This document shows, in pieces, positions 1 to 13,929 of a stretch of 64,000 nucleotides of DNA; the first letter of the stretch is position 1; every line of letters begins with the position of its first letter. This DNA comes from Eledone cirrhosa. Lineage: Eukaryota. The notes beneath the pieces are model-generated. The model did not search any database, was not told the origin of the DNA, and saw nothing but the letters and a program-made list of their open reading frames with translations. The translations under genes were made by a program, and so were the position numbers. Location: assembly GCA_964016885.1 (NCBI GenBank), contig OZ024745.1, positions 99,200,001 to 99,264,000 on the forward strand. Reading direction: 5' to 3'.

Positions 1-27
1 AGTTCTCACTCACTTGTTGTCAGTTAA

Positions 28-235
28 CCCTTTAGCATTTACATTACTCTATATATACTATTGTATTTTCACGGTAAACACTTTATCTCATGTAATATTG
101 AATCTATGAGATTTTGATATTATTTATTATGAGAACAATACCTTAACATCATTATGAGTGGCCAGTTATGGCCGGTTAGAACAGAAAGAGGTGAGAAAAT
201 TCTGGCTGGATACGGTCAGTTTAAATGCTAAAGGG
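28..235 (+). mobile_element. piggyBac-type MITE
   Basis: TIRs CCCTTTAGCATTTA...TAAATGCTAAAGGG flanked by TTAA on both sides; further copies at 930, 13460, 14445, 30108 and 42961. Confidence 0.85.
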
Positions 236-557
236 TTAAATATAGAATAATAAATGTATTTAACTAATATTTCCATGCTAGAATTAGTTGAGCATCAGAC
301 AAAAAAACTTTGCTGCCTTTACTTATGGTTCTTTTTATTTGATGTTTAATTCTTTGACTTTAACTTTGTTTTACACCCTTCCTTTGGTTGCCTCAACCAA
401 ACAGATTCTAATTGGGAACTCTAAAGAGATTGCAGTATCATCCTAGTAAAAATATTCCTACTTCAACAGCTGAAATTTGTGTGGTATCACCTGACCTGCT
501 AAAAATAACTCTTAAATCTCTCTTAAATCATACTCTGCTACCTTAAAACAAGTACAT

Positions 558-765
558 TCATCATCACCATCATCACCATTTTACGTCCATTCTTCCATGC
601 TAGCATGGGTTAGACAGGTTGTCCTTTGTGGGCAATGTTAGGTCGGGTGACCATGTCTTGCTCATACGGGAACTGATTTTGGCTTGATTTCTACAGCTGG
701 ATGCCCTTCCTAACACCAACCTCATTTACAGAAAGTACTGGGTGCTTTTTTATCGTGGTGCCTTA
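558..765 (-). mobile_element. RTE-related non-autonomous retroposon/SINE 3' part
   Basis: (CAT)n tail, then GTCCATTCTTCCATGCTAGCATGGGTTAGAC and CTGGATGCCCTTCCTAACACCAACC, shared with RTE UTRs elsewhere in the window. Confidence 0.7.
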
Positions 766-929
766 GATTGCGTACACAATATCTTTACAAAATATCTGAA
801 TAAAAAAAAAAACAGAATGGTCATTCTGCTGAATCAAGGCTGCTTTGGGATTAATCTTCAACAACAACATGCTTGCTAAAACATAAAGATTGTGCGGTCT
901 GGACTCAACTCTAGTTTCTATATTATTAA

Positions 930-1147
930 CCCTTTAGCATTTAAACTGGCCATATCTGGCCAGCATTATTTCACCTCTTTCTATTCAAACTGGCTATAAC
1001 TGGCTGCTAATCCAACATTAAGGTATTGTTCTCAAAATAAATATCAAAATCTCATAGATTCAATATTATGTGAGATAATTATGTGAGATAAAGCTTTTAC
1101 CATGAAAATACAATAGTATATTTTTAAGTAATGTGAATGCTAAAGGG
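930..1147 (-). mobile_element. piggyBac-type MITE, inverted relative to 28-235
   Basis: TTAA-CCCTTTAGCATT ... AATGCTAAAGGG-TTAA; interior is the reverse complement of copy 1. Confidence 0.85.
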
Positions 1148-1699
1148 TTAAACAAATGTAAAAGAAATCTGCTTCTATGTAAGATAGAAATCTGTGGCTA
1201 ATAACTTTCCCAGAAGAGGCTGGCACCTATTCTCCATAGTTAGGTGAACTGAAAAAAAGTAAAAGTACTTTATTTGATGGCATATAAGACCCATGAGCAT
1301 AGAAAACCTCTCCCCTATTCAGTAGGGAATATTATTAAGGAAAGAAGATTTCTGTGTAATTATGAGTAAACATTTAATGTTAGTAGGAAAACTGAGTGGG
1401 CAAAAATGGGGAGAAAAAAACTGTAACTAAAAGGCAAGAAAAAAAAAATTGTTTTAATAGTAGTATGTTGAAATTTATGAAAAAGAGAGGGAGAGAGAGA
1501 GTGAAAGCAACTTGGCTATAACAGTAAAAAAGATACCTGTACAGATGAAACTACTTTGGCTATCACTCATTATCGAGCAAAACTTGGAAGTATGTACCAT
1601 GCTTTCACTAAGGTTTCAGGTTCCTATTAAGTCATAAAAAGACATAGACATCCACTTAACCCACTCTCTCTCTCTTGATCCAGTGGATAATCCAAGATG

Positions 1700-4600
1700 T
1701 GACAGCTGCAAGGAGAGAGAGAGAGAGATCTGCACCAGTATAAGGCTGGTACTGACAACTGGAAGGAGAAAGAGCTGCACCAGTATAAGGCTGGTACTGA
1801 CAACTGGAAAGAGAGAGAGCTGCACCAGTATAAGGCTGGTGCTGACAACTGGAAGGAGAAAGAGCTGCACCAGTATAAGGCTGGTACTGACAACTGGAAA
1901 AAGAGAGAGCTGCACCAGTATAAGGCTGGTACTGACAACTGGAAAGAGAGAGAGCTGCACCAGTATAAGGCTGGTACTGACAACTGGAAAGAGAGAGAGA
2001 GAGCTGCACCAGTATAAGGCTGGTACTGACAACTGGAAGGAGAGAGAGCTGCACCAGTATAAGGCTGGTACTGACAACTAGAGAGAGCTGCACTAGTATA
2101 AGGCTGGTACTGACAACTGGAAAGAGAAAGAGAGCTACACCAGTATAAGGCTGGTACTGACAACTGGAAAGAGAGAGAGAGCTGCACCAGTACAGGGCTG
2201 GTACTGATAGCTGGAAAGAGAAAGAGCTGCACCAGTATAAGGCTGGTACTGACAACTGGAAAGAGAGAGAGAGAGCTGCACCAGTATATGGCTGGTACTG
2301 ACAACTGGAAAGAGAGAGAGCTGCACCAGTATAAGGCTGGTACTGACAACTGGAAAGAGAGAAAGCTGCACCAGTATAAGGCTGGTACTGACAACTGGAA
2401 AGAGAGAGAGCTGCACCAGTATATGGCTGGTTCTGACTACTGGAAAGAGAGAGAACTGCACCAGTATAAGGCTGGTACTGACAACTGGAAAGAGAAAGAG
2501 CTGCACCAGTATATGGCTGGTACTGACAACTGGAAAGAGAGAGAGAGCTGCACCAGTATAAGACTGGTACTGACAACTGGAAAGAGAGAGAGAGAGCTGC
2601 ACCAGTATAAGGCTGGTACTGACAACTGGAAAGAGAGAGAGAGCTGCACCAGTATAAAGCTGGTACTGACAACTGGAAAGAGAGAGAGCTGCACCAGTAT
2701 AAGGCTGGTACTGACAACTGGAAAGAGAGAGAGAGCTGCACCAGTATAAAGCTGGTACTGACAACTGGAAAGAGAGAGAGCTGCACCAGTATAAGGCTGG
2801 TACTGACAACTGGAAAGAGAGAGAGAGCCGCACCAGTATATGGCTGGTACTGACAACTGGAAAGAGAGAAAGCTGCACCAGTATAAGGCTGGTACTGACA
2901 ACTGGAAAGAGAGAGAGAGAGCTGCACCAGTATAAGGCTGGTACTGACAACTGGAAAGAGAGAGAGAGCTGCACCAGTATAAGGCTGGTACTGACAACTG
3001 GAAAGAGAGAGAGAGAGCTGCACCAGTATAAGGCTGGTACTGACAACTGGAAAGAGAGAGAGCTGCACCAGTATAAGGCTGGTACTGACAACTGGAAAGA
3101 GAGAGAGAGCTGCACCAGTATAAAGCTGGTACTGACAACTGGAAAGAGAGAGAGCTGCACCGGTATAAGGCTGGTACTGACAACTGGAAAGAGAGAGAGA
3201 GCTGCACCAGTATAAGGCTGGTACTGACAACTGGAAAGAGAGAGAGAGCTGCACCAGTATAAAGCTGGTACTGACAACTGGAAAGAGAGAGAGAGCTGCA
3301 CCAATATAAGGCTGGTACTGACAACTGGAAAGAGAGAGAGAGCTGCACCAGTATAAGGCTGGTACTGACAACTGGAAAGAGAGAGAGAGCAGCACCAGTA
3401 TAAGGCTGGTACTGACAACTGGAAAGAGAGAAAGCTGCACCAGTATAAGGCTGGTACTGACAACTGGAAAGAGAGAGAGCTGTACCAGTATAGGGCTGGT
3501 ACTGATAGCTGGAAAGAGAAAGAGCTGCCCCAGTAAAAAGCTGGTACTGACAACTGGAAAGAGAGAGAGAGATAGCCGCACCAGTATATGGCTGGTACTG
3601 ACAACTGGAAAGAGAGAGAGCTGCACGAGTATAGGGCTGGTACTGATAACTGGAAAGAGAGAGAGAGAGAGAGAGCCGCACCAGTATATGGCTGGTACTG
3701 ACAACTGGAAAGAGAGAGAGCTGCACCAGTATATGGCTGATACTGACAACTGGAAGGAGAGAGAGGTGCCCCAGTATAAGGCTGGTGCTGACAACTGGAA
3801 GGAGAAAGAGCTGCACCAGTATAAGGCTGGTACTGACAACTGGAAAAAGAGAGAGCTTCACCAGTATAAGGCTGGTACTGACAACTGGAAAGAGAGAGAG
3901 CTTCACCAGTATAGAGCTGGTACTGACAACTGGAAAGAGAGAGAGCCGCACCAGTATATGGCTGGTACTGACAACTGGAAGGAGAGAGAGTTGCACCAGT
4001 ATAAGGCTGGTACTGACAACTGGAAGGAGAGAGAGTTGCACCAGTATATGGCTGGTACTGACAGCTGGAAGGAGAGAGAGCTGCACCAGTATAAGGCTGG
4101 TACTGACAGCTGGAAGGGGAGTGAGCTGCACCAGTATATGGCTGGTACTGACTACTGGAAGGAGAGAGAGTTGCACCAGTATATGGCTGGTACTGACAAC
4201 TGGAAGGAGAGAGAGTTGCAACAGTATAAGGCTGGTACTGACAATGGGAAGGAGAGAGATTTGCACCAGTATATGGCTGGTACTGATAGCTGGAAAGAAA
4301 GAGAGCTGCACCAGTATAAGGCTGGTACTGACAGCTGGAAGGGAGTGAGCTGCCCCAGTATAGGGCTGGTTCTGACTACTGGAAAGAGAGAGAACTGCAC
4401 CAGTATAAGGCTGGTACGGACAACTGGAAAGAGAGAGAGTTGCACCAGTATAAGGCTGGTACTGACAACTAGAGAGAGCTGCACTAGTATAAGGCTGGTA
4501 CTGACAACTGGAAAGAGAAAGAGAGCTACACCAGTATAAGGCTGGTACTGACAACTGGAAAGAGAGAGAGAGCTGCACCAGTATAAGGCTGGTACTGACA

Positions 4601-7600
4601 ACTGGAAGGAGAGAGAGCTGCACCAGTATATGGCTGGTACTGACAGCTGGAAGGAGAGAGAGCTACACCAGTATAAGGCTGGTACTGACAACTGGAAAGA
4701 GAGAGAGAGCTGCACCAGTATAAGGCTGGTACTGACAACTGGAAGGAGAGAGAGCTGCACTAGTATAAGGCTGGTACTGACAACTGGAAAGAGAAAGAGA
4801 GCTACACCAGTATAAGGCTGGTACTGACAACTGGAAAGAGAAAGAGAGCTACACCAGTATAAGGCTGGTACTGACAACTGGAAGGAGAGAGAGCTGCACC
4901 AGTATAAGGCTGGTACTGACAACTAGAGAGAGCTGCACTAGTATAAGGCTGGTACTGACAACTGGAAAGAGAAAGAGAGCTACACCAGTATAAGGCTGGT
5001 ACTGACAACTGGAAAGAGAGAGAGAGCTGCACCAGTACAGGGCTGGTACTGATAGCTGGAAAGAGAAAGAGCTGCACCAGTATAAGGCTGGTACTGACAA
5101 CTGGAAAGAGAGAGAGAGAGCTGCACCAGTATATGGCTGGTACTGACAACTGGAAAGAGAGAGAGCTGCACCAGTATAAGGCTGGTACTGACAACTGGAA
5201 AGAGAGAAAGCTGCACCAGTATAAGGCTGGTACTGACAACTGGAAAGAGAGAGAGCTGCACCAGTATATGGCTGGTTCTGACTACTGGAAAGAGAGAGAA
5301 CTGCACCAGTATAAGGCTGGTACTGACAACTGGAAAGAGAAAGAGCTGCACCAGTATAAGGCTGGTACTGATAGCTGGAAAGAGAGATAGAGAGAGAGCT
5401 GCACCAGTATAAGGCTGGTACTGACAACTGGAAAGAGAGAGAGAGCTGCACCAGTATAAGACTGGTACTGACAACTGGAAAGAGAGAGAGAGAGCTGCAC
5501 CAGTATAAGGCTGGTACTGACAACTGGAAAGAGAGAGAGAGCTGCACCAGTATAAAGCTGGTACTGACAACTGGAAAGAGAGAGAGCTGCACCAGTATAA
5601 GGCTGGTACTGACAACTGGAAAGAGAGAGAGAGCTGCACCAGTATAAAGCTGGTACTGACAACTGGAAAGAGAGAGAGCTGCACCAGTATAAGGCTGGTA
5701 CTGACAACTGGAAAGAGAGAGAGAGCCGCACCAGTATATGGCTGGTACTGACAACTGGAAAGAGAGAAAGCTGCACCAGTATAAGGCTGGTACTGACAAC
5801 TGGAAAGAGAGAGAGAGAGCTGCACCAGTATAAGGCTGGTACTGACAACTGGAAAGAGAGAGAGAGCTGCACCAGTATAAGGCTGGTACTGACAACTGGA
5901 AAGAGAGAGAGAGAGCTGCACCAGTATAAGGCTGGTACTGACAACTGGAAAGAGAGAGAGCTGCACCAGTATAAGGCTGGTACTGACAACTGGAAAGAGA
6001 GAGAGAGCTGCACCAGTATAAAGCTGGTACTGACAACTGGAAAGAGAGAGAGCTGCACCAGTATAAGGCTGGTACTGACAACTGGAAAGAGAGAGAGAGC
6101 TGCACCAGTATAAGGCTGGTACTGACAACTGGAAAGAGAGAGAGAGCTGCACCAGTATAAAGCTGGTACTGACAACTGGAAAGAGAGAGAGCTGCACCAA
6201 TATAAGGCTGGTACTGACAACTGGAAAGAGAGAGAGAGCTGCACTAGTATAAGGCTGGTACTGACAACTGGAAAGAGAGAGAGAGCAGCACCAGTATAAG
6301 GCTGGTACTGACAACTGGAAAGAGAGAAAGCTGCACCAGTATAAGGCTGGTACTGACAACTGGAAAGAGAGAGAGCTGTACCAGTATAGGGCTGGTACTG
6401 ATAGCTGGAAAGAGAAAGAGCTGCCCCAGTAAAAAGCTGGTACTGACAACTGGAAAGAGAGAGAGAGAGAGCCGCACCAGTATATGGTTGGTACTGACAA
6501 CTGGAAAGAGAGAGAGCTGCACGAGTATAGGGCTGGTACTGATAACTGGAAAGAGAGAGAGAGAGAGAGAGAGAGCCGCACCAGTATATGGCTGGTACTG
6601 ACAACTGGAAAGAGAGAGAGCTGCACCAGTATATGGCTGATACTGACAACTGGAAGGAGAGAGAGGTGCCCCAGTATAAGGCTGGTGCTGACAACTGGAA
6701 GGAGAAAGAGCTGCACCAGTATAAGGCTGGTACTGACAACTGGAAAAAGAGAGAGCTTCACCAGTATAAGGCTGGTACTGACAACTGGAAAGAGAGAGAG
6801 CTGCACCAGTATAGAGCTGGTACTGACAACTGGAAAGAGAGAGAGCCGCACCAGTATATGGCTGGTACTGACAACTGGAAGGAGAGAGAGTTGCACCAGT
6901 ATAAGGCTGGTACTGACAACTGGAAGGAGAGAGAGTTGCACCAGTATATGGCTGGTACTGACAGCTGGAAGGAGAGAGAGCTGCACCAGTATAAGGCTGG
7001 TACTGACAGCTGGAAGGGGAGTGAGCTGCACCAGTATATGGCTGGTACTGACTACTGGAAGGAGAGAGAGTTGCACCAGTATATGGCTGGTACTGACAAC
7101 TGGAAGGAGAGAGAGTTGCAACAGTATAAGGCTGGTACTGACAATGGGAAGGAGAGAGATTTGCACCAGTATATGGCTGGTACTGATAGCTGGAAAGAAA
7201 GAGAGCTGCACCAGTATAAGGCTGGTACTGACAGCTGGAAGGGAGTGAGCTGCCCCAGTATAGGGCTGGTTCTGACTACTGGAAAGAGAGAGAACTGCAC
7301 CAGTATAAGGCTGGTACGGACAACTGGAAAGAGAGAGAGTTGCACCAGTATAAGGCTGGTACTGACAACTGGAAAGAGAGAGAGATGCACCAGTATAAGG
7401 CTGGTACTGACAACTGGAAAGAGAGAGAGTTGCACCAGTATATGGCTGGTACTGACAACTGGAAAGAGAGAGAGAGCTTCTCTAGTATACGGCTGGTACT
7501 GACAACTGGAAAGAGAGAGAGAGCTGCACCAGTATAAGGCTGGTACTGATAGCTGGAAGGAGAGAGAGAGCGAGAGAGAGAGCTGTACCAGTATAAGGCT

Positions 7601-7656
7601 GGTACTGATAACTGGAAGGAGAGAGAGAGAGAGCTGGACCAGTATAGGGCTGGTAC
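1700..7656. repeat. Minisatellite, ~45 bp unit CTGCACCAGTATAAGGCTGGTACTGACAACTGGAA(AG)n, roughly 130 units
   Basis: Directly visible; unit length varies with the (GA)n tract; explains all ORFs between 1616 and 7759. Confidence 0.98.
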
Positions 7657-7755
7657 GTTCTTTATTAAGTCGAAAGATGAAAGTTAAAGTGGACCTTAGC
7701 AAAACATAGAAATCTGGAGCAAGTATCCAACAATCTAATGACTCTGCTAAATTGA
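7650..7755 (-). mobile_element. Degenerate tRNA-SINE (family 1) remnant fused to the satellite end
   Basis: CTGGTACGTTCTTTATTAAGTCGAAAGATGAAAGTTAAAGTGGACCT resembles the SINE reverse complement CTGGTACTTTATTTTATCGACCCCGTAAGGATGAAAGGCAAAGTTAACCT. Confidence 0.6.
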
Positions 7756-9939
7756 TCACGTTACTACTAGAGATAAAATTAATGGTAAATCAGAAATTCA
7801 GAGAAGCTATCATTTGTAGTGTATGAAGTACCAGTAATCTATGGTGTATACAATAGCTCAATTTCACACATTAGACTCAAGTGATAATTTTAATTTTTAT
7901 TATTTTAATATATATAAAAGTAGGGGGCTTATAAGCTATTAAATATTGTAGGCATTGTTCCTCAGAAACAACAAAACTCCAGCAATAGATTTGAACTCGT
8001 TACTCATGAGCAGCCACTTACCTTATCAGTTCACCCCTTCACTTTTAATATACAAGTATTGATAACAAATTTCAAATAAAATGGCTTATTTTTAAGGCAG
8101 CTGTCATTTGTCTTATTCCAAGGAGGCTAGAGTGGAATATCTAGAGTTTCAGAAATGATAACATCATCAGATTTTTAATTGCTACAGTCAGTAAGTACAA
8201 AATTATACTCAGAAACTGCAATTATTTTCGTACTATCAGAATGTGGCTGTGTCTTATCTGTTGAAATATCTTAGATTGTAAATAATTTAATCTCTCTGAA
8301 TCTTGTAAACTTCCTTGCTTCTTTTAAATTTCTCCTTTCAAGAAACTTTTGTTTCCTTTCTTAAGAAAAACTGTGAACACATATCAACTGTAACCAGCCC
8401 TGTACCTATGCCAGCTGTTATATGTTATTTCCGTCTCAAGTTTGGTGACAGAACGACAGATATTATATATCTTACAGATTATCATTTTAAAAGTGTGCAT
8501 TGGAAAATCATGTTTCATTGTTACAGATAGGTATCTTTCTACCACAAATTTGAAAATATATTTGCCACAGTGCAGATAACTATAGTGATAGTTATTAATT
8601 ATAATTAAATAGCTAAATAAATTGGGTAAAGTAGAGATGGGGAAAAGTGAACAGAGACCCCTAACCAATTTTTGTATTAGTTTATGTCTTGAATGTTATT
8701 CAGATCCTGTGAATGTAGTATAACCAGCTGGTTAGGAAGTTTACATCCCAATCATGAGGGTTCTGGTTTGATCCCATTGTGTGACTTGTTAGGTAGGTGT
8801 TTTTTTTTTGTTTTTTTTTTGCCATCATAGCCTCAGATTGACTTAAGCCTTGTGTATGTAATGGGGTAGAAGGAAACTGTTTGAAAGTCAGTTGGATAGA
8901 CTGTACGTGTAATTTAAAGGACTGTGTGTGCCTGGATAAGAATAGGTATACCACATCCCTGCTTATCATAAGAGGTGACTTAAAGAGTTGATATCAGGAA
9001 GGGTATCTGACCATAAAACACCTCAAAAGGATCCCGTTATGAGTATGAAACATGTCATGGGGTCTTTAAGGTTAACCACTGCTTTTAAGGAAAATAGTTT
9101 TAAAAAGTTTGTTATATGTTGTTGCATATGTCTATGGAATGGTCAGCAACTTACACATAAATTTAATGAGTTGAGTATTCCAATGAAGTTGTATAGCTTA
9201 AGAGTTAAGGTATTCAGTTTACCATTGTAAGGTAGTAAGTTTAATTCCCAATGGCAATTACCTGAATTATCAATATCTAAACAATTCAATTTACCTATAC
9301 TAAAGTGAAGAACAAACTGAGACAACATAAGGTAGAGAGGACCTTTGACCCTGCTTGGGATTTAACAATCTCTCTAGAGTTGATGCCTTGATAAAATATA
9401 CACAATACACTCTGCAAAGAAGCTGGTAATCAAGCAGAGACAATATAGGATTGAGAGGACTCTTCAGTCTTGCCAATTACATGACAACCTCTCTAGTGTT
9501 GATGCTAGGATAACATGGACTAAGTAGGCTCTTTAAAGATATAATGCTGGTACCATGATAAAATGCACTGAGTGCATTCTATAAAGTGGTTGATCTTAGA
9601 AACGGCATCCAACCATAGAAACCATATCAAAATATGGATTGTATGAGCAAGACATGATTCTCTGTTCTATATAGTTTTAGATAGGGATGATCTGTCTAAC
9701 ACATGCCAGCATAAAGTTTGGTGCTAGGCCTTCCAGGATCTTAAACATATATATTACTGCCTATCTTGCTTGCCTTTAGCCTCTCCCAGTTGCACATCTG
9801 CTTCACTAAGACAATCTTTTTGGTGCAGCTTCATTGGATTGTTTCAGGTTCTACAGTTAATTTGTCACTGTAGGGTGACTGACTATAGCTGGGAGCAAAA
9901 GTCCTGGCAGCTGAAGATGACCATAACTGTGAGCAATAG

Positions 9940-10668
9940 TACCGAGGAGCCTTGCCAGTTCGGGATAAACTCTACAGGCATGGAGGTGCCGTCAGCCGGG
10001 CATGTCCGAGATGCGCGCAGGGCGACGAAACCGTCCTGCACGCACTCGTCCAGTGTCCGAAAATTGCTGACTTGTGGGTTTATGTCGAACACCTGCTGTC
10101 GCGTTTAGGACGGATCCGGCTATCATCTGAGTCCATCGTGAGGATTGCCCCACCCTCCTCCTTTAGCCGGGAAGGGCAGGCAGTTTTTATCTGTCTGGTG
10201 GCCATGGCGAAAGAGATAATATGGTGGACACGTTTGAAAGGGTTGAAGACGAGCACTTACCTCTTCGGTGATGCTCTGATTGACTTTTTCAACTTTCATT
10301 TGAAAAGGAAAATCAGAGTAGAGAGGGAAGTGCTCTCTTCCCAGCATTTTGTTGAAAGATGGGTGAGAGAAGCAAGAATGGCCCGAGTGAATGGGCCTAC
10401 TCTGAGTATATATCTGTAAATTAAAGGTGGAAAACTGGGAGAGGGCACTTGCCTTGGTGGTCAGGGTCATTGTGGCCTGTTACTGGGCTTTCTCCACAAA
10501 TGTCCCTCCGAAGTCTCCCCCCTATTGGGGAATTTTTCATTGTTATTTTTTGTTACATCCTCTGTTTTTGTTTTTTACACGCAGAAATGCCCATTTGTAC
10601 CGTCCTGTATTGTCCTGCACTGTCCTTAATGTCTACTTTATGTAAACCCTTGTGGTTAATAAAGAAAT
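9940..10668 (+). mobile_element. 5'-truncated L1/Tx1-clade LINE (C-terminal zinc knuckle plus 3' UTR)
   Basis: ORF 9952-10419 LPVRDKLYRHG..CPRC..ETVLHALVQC (zf-RVT-like); UTR ends AATAAAGAAA; homologous 3' end at 25095-25470. Confidence 0.8.
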
Positions 10669-10683
10669 CATTATTAGTTAACA

Positions 10684-10869
10684 ACGGCGGTGAATTGGCA
10701 GTAGCGGTAGAGGGTCGGACGCCATGCTTTCCAGCATAGTTACGTCCCTTTGTGGTCTGAGTTCAAATCCCGCCGAGGTTAACTTTGCCTTTCATCCTTA
10801 CGGGGTCGATAAAATAAAGTACCAGTAATGTACTGGGTAATTGATGGCCTTGTGCCAAAAGTAGAAACA
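10684..10869 (+). mobile_element. tRNA-derived SINE family 1
   Basis: A box TGGCAGTAGCGG, B box GAGTTCAAATCC, central CTTTGCCTTTCATCCTTACGGGGTCGATAAAATAAAGTACCAG (Nin/Deu-like domain); 14 bp TSD ATTATTAGTTAACA. Confidence 0.9.
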
Positions 10870-11399
10870 ATTATTAGTTAACATCTGTTTTCTCTGCTAG
10901 CAAGGACTGAACAAGGAATATAATGTACATAAGACCGTTATTGCTCCAATCAGTCTACTGACCCTCAGAAAACACTCTAAACCGAATGCCAAACTGTACC
11001 TGTGACTCCTATCAAACGAAACTGTACTCACCCTCAGCAAATCAAACATGGACCGCTTATCCTCCCTAACTTGGTTTATGTAACCAGACCATAATAGTCA
11101 CTCAATGTGGAAGACAGATGTATTCAAGCTGTAGCTGTCATATTACATAGTTTCTATATATGTATCTATGTATATATGTGTCTATCTATGCTTTAGCTAT
11201 ATTTAAACTTCTACAGCTGGATACCTTTGCTGACACCAACCTACACTTTTCAATATGGTAGAGATTTGACGGCTTAACAGCACTTTTAAGTCATTAAATA
11301 TATAGCTATCAAAGGGTGAGTAAGGTTATACCAATTGCAAATAGCTACACCAAACATAGCATGGGTGGAAAGTTGACAGTTATACAGATCTAAACAAAA

Positions 11400-11870
11400 G
11401 AGAAAATTTATAAAAATGGAAGCAATTCCTAGTAGAAGTGAGAACTATTATTCCAAGGGGACTACTTCTCTTCATTTATTTTCTCTTTTTGGCACTCAGT
11501 CATTTAATGAACATAGTTAACCACAATAGATGCAAATACAAGTTTGGTGGGTTGATAATGAACCATATCCTGTATATGGATGACCTCAAGTATGATGCTG
11601 GCAATAACAAACAACTGGATATCCTGCATAAATGGTGAACTGGTTCAATAAGATTATCAACATAAAATTTGGTCTAGAAAAGATGTCTCAAAGCTACATT
11701 GAAGAAAGAGAAAAAACTAATAAAACCTATATTAGATAAGGAAATGGAGATAAGAAAATTACACAAAATACTTAAGAATTAGACAAAGGACAAAACAAAC
11801 AAATAAAAGAAAGACTAAGGGAGAAATAGTAAGGACATATTAGTCTTACTTAAAATTGAACTGAATCATC
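11400..11870 (+). pseudogene. Degenerate non-LTR RT fragment, R4/Dong-like
   Basis: NHILYMDDLKY motif followed by a frameshifted KFGLEK-like segment. Confidence 0.55.
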
Positions 11871-12035
11871 ATCATCATTTTTACAGCCACTTTTCCATGC
11901 TGACATGGATTAGACAGAATTTTTTGAGGTAATGTTTTATGGTTGGTTGCTCTTCTTGACATGACTCCTTTCAGTTACTCCTTACAACATGCAGAGATAT
12001 CAGATACATACAGCCTAAATGCTAAAATTATACTA

Positions 12036-12200
12036 CAGGTAAAATTCCATCATAGCGAATACCATAACAAATTTTTTCCACCCCCGAGGTAATAACAAAC
12101 AAACGCTTCATTTGTTTCTGTTGATCTCATTATAAAGAATTTTTCGTTACAACAAATTTTTCTTATAACCTGTGAATTTCGTTATAACGGAATTTCACTG
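12036..12200. mobile_element. Tc1/mariner (pogo/Tigger-like) MITE
   Basis: TA-CAGGTAAAATTCC ... GGAATTTCACTG-TA imperfect TIRs with TA duplication. Confidence 0.7.
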
Positions 12201-13459
12201 TATATATTTGAGAGTGTATTTGTGTATGTATATATGTTTGTATGTGTGCATGTCACCAAAACTATGAAATGGGGCATCCTAGAGAAAAACGGATTTGGTT
12301 TTTGAAATCTGCATCCCAAGGAGAAGTTTTTTGGGGCACATAGGGTCTGAAAAGAATAAAATAAAATAAAATAAAACAGAACATAGTAACACTGGGCTAC
12401 AAAAAAAAAAATGTTGTCTGGTGCCTGGAATATTTCAACAAATTCTTAAGTGATTTTGCCTGCTAAATTCTCTATCAGGTCTAGTTTTCTGAGAAAAAAA
12501 ACTTAGAATTAGAATAAGGTAACGAACACTGCGTACTGGACGTACACACATACATAGTGACTATAGGGATGTTCAATAAGTTAAAAACTATATCTGATAG
12601 GTAAAAAAGAAGGTTATATTTAGAATCAGGGGACTGATTTTATATAGGAATGATGTCTATTTCCTAAACACCAAAAACCTTGTAGATCAGTGTTATCAAT
12701 CAGTGTTACTGTGACAATTTAAGTAGTCTAGCTTTTATTGATCATCTCATACATTCCTTCATCATGACTTTATTATTCCACCCATCCATCCATCCAGCAG
12801 TGGGGTATTGTTTTCAGAGAGTTGTCTTCACGGAGGTCACTCAATGTTTACGTGAAGACGTTAACACTAAAGTACACAACAAACCACTACCAATTCAACA
12901 TACTGCTCCACTGAGTAAATTTCCATAGAAAACCACCCTAAGGACGATTGACGATTGATGGGGAGAGGCCAGAGGGAATAAGTACGGGGAGATAAGGCAC
13001 GGGGGAGACATGCTCTGACATGGAATAGAAAAAAATTGAAAGAAAGGTATTCTATGGTGGAAATTACCTGGCAATGATGTGCTACTCTGCTAGTAAAGAA
13101 ATAAATATTAATGTTCTAGTTGTTCCAGTAATAAGTCACTTTCTAGATGTTGACCTATATACCACATGACATACAAATTCATTTCTTCATTATTTCATTT
13201 GTCATAAATTCCCCACTCTTCATTTCAAAACAAATCTCTTTTTCTTAATCATTTCTGATTATTCCAATACAATTCATATTTATTTCTTAAAACAATAACA
13301 ACAATACATGCTGACATATAGACATATCTACCTAGTGTAAACAGAAGAACAACTTCTATCACAATGCAGGCATGAAAGAACAGCCAAACTCTCACTGTCA
13401 TCGCCTCCATCTCTCTGGTTACAGTTATAATATTCTTAATTCAAAGTTAAATGAATTAA

Positions 13460-13570
13460 AACTTTAGCATTTAAACCAGCTACAATCCGGCCAGAATTCT
13501 CACATCTTTCTGCTCAAACTGGCTGTAACTGACTGCTCATACTGATGTTGAGGTATTGTTCTGAAAATAA
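13460..13570 (-). mobile_element. Half copy of the piggyBac-type MITE
   Basis: CTTTAGCATTTAAACCAGC...GAGGTATTGTTCTGAAAATAA matches 930-1040. Confidence 0.7.
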
Positions 13571-13929
13571 GTGGAAAAAGCAGGGATGGGGTGGAATAAG
13601 AGTGGTGGTGATGGGAAAAAATCTGAAAAATTAATAAGCGGGAGTGGGGTGAATGGGTGGGGATCATTATTTAAGACCCAAGAGTAGAGAATGGGTCATA
13701 GGTGGTGGATAGGGAAACAGCCACAAAATATGATATATAGTTGTGCTATAAGTGACCTCCTACTGGATGAATAAACAACCCCTGACTAAATAGCGGTAAA
13801 CTACTAGGGAAGATGGAGCAAGGAGTGTCACTGTTTGCTCTGAAGAAAACTCTCACAACCCAGTGACGTAGTTATAATAAAGCAAGTAAAAACAACCAAA
13901 TACTATATTCAGATGTTGCTAAGAAAAAC

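Noticed and set aside
1700-7656. CRISPR-like appearance (constant repeat with variable intervals)
   Set aside because: Intervals are only (GA)n length variants, not unique spacers; eukaryotic context and no cas genes
1616-7759. Long ORFs on both strands (KAGTDNWKERELHQY and similar repeats)
   Set aside because: Products of a stop-poor 45 bp satellite; the frame shifts whenever (GA)n length changes
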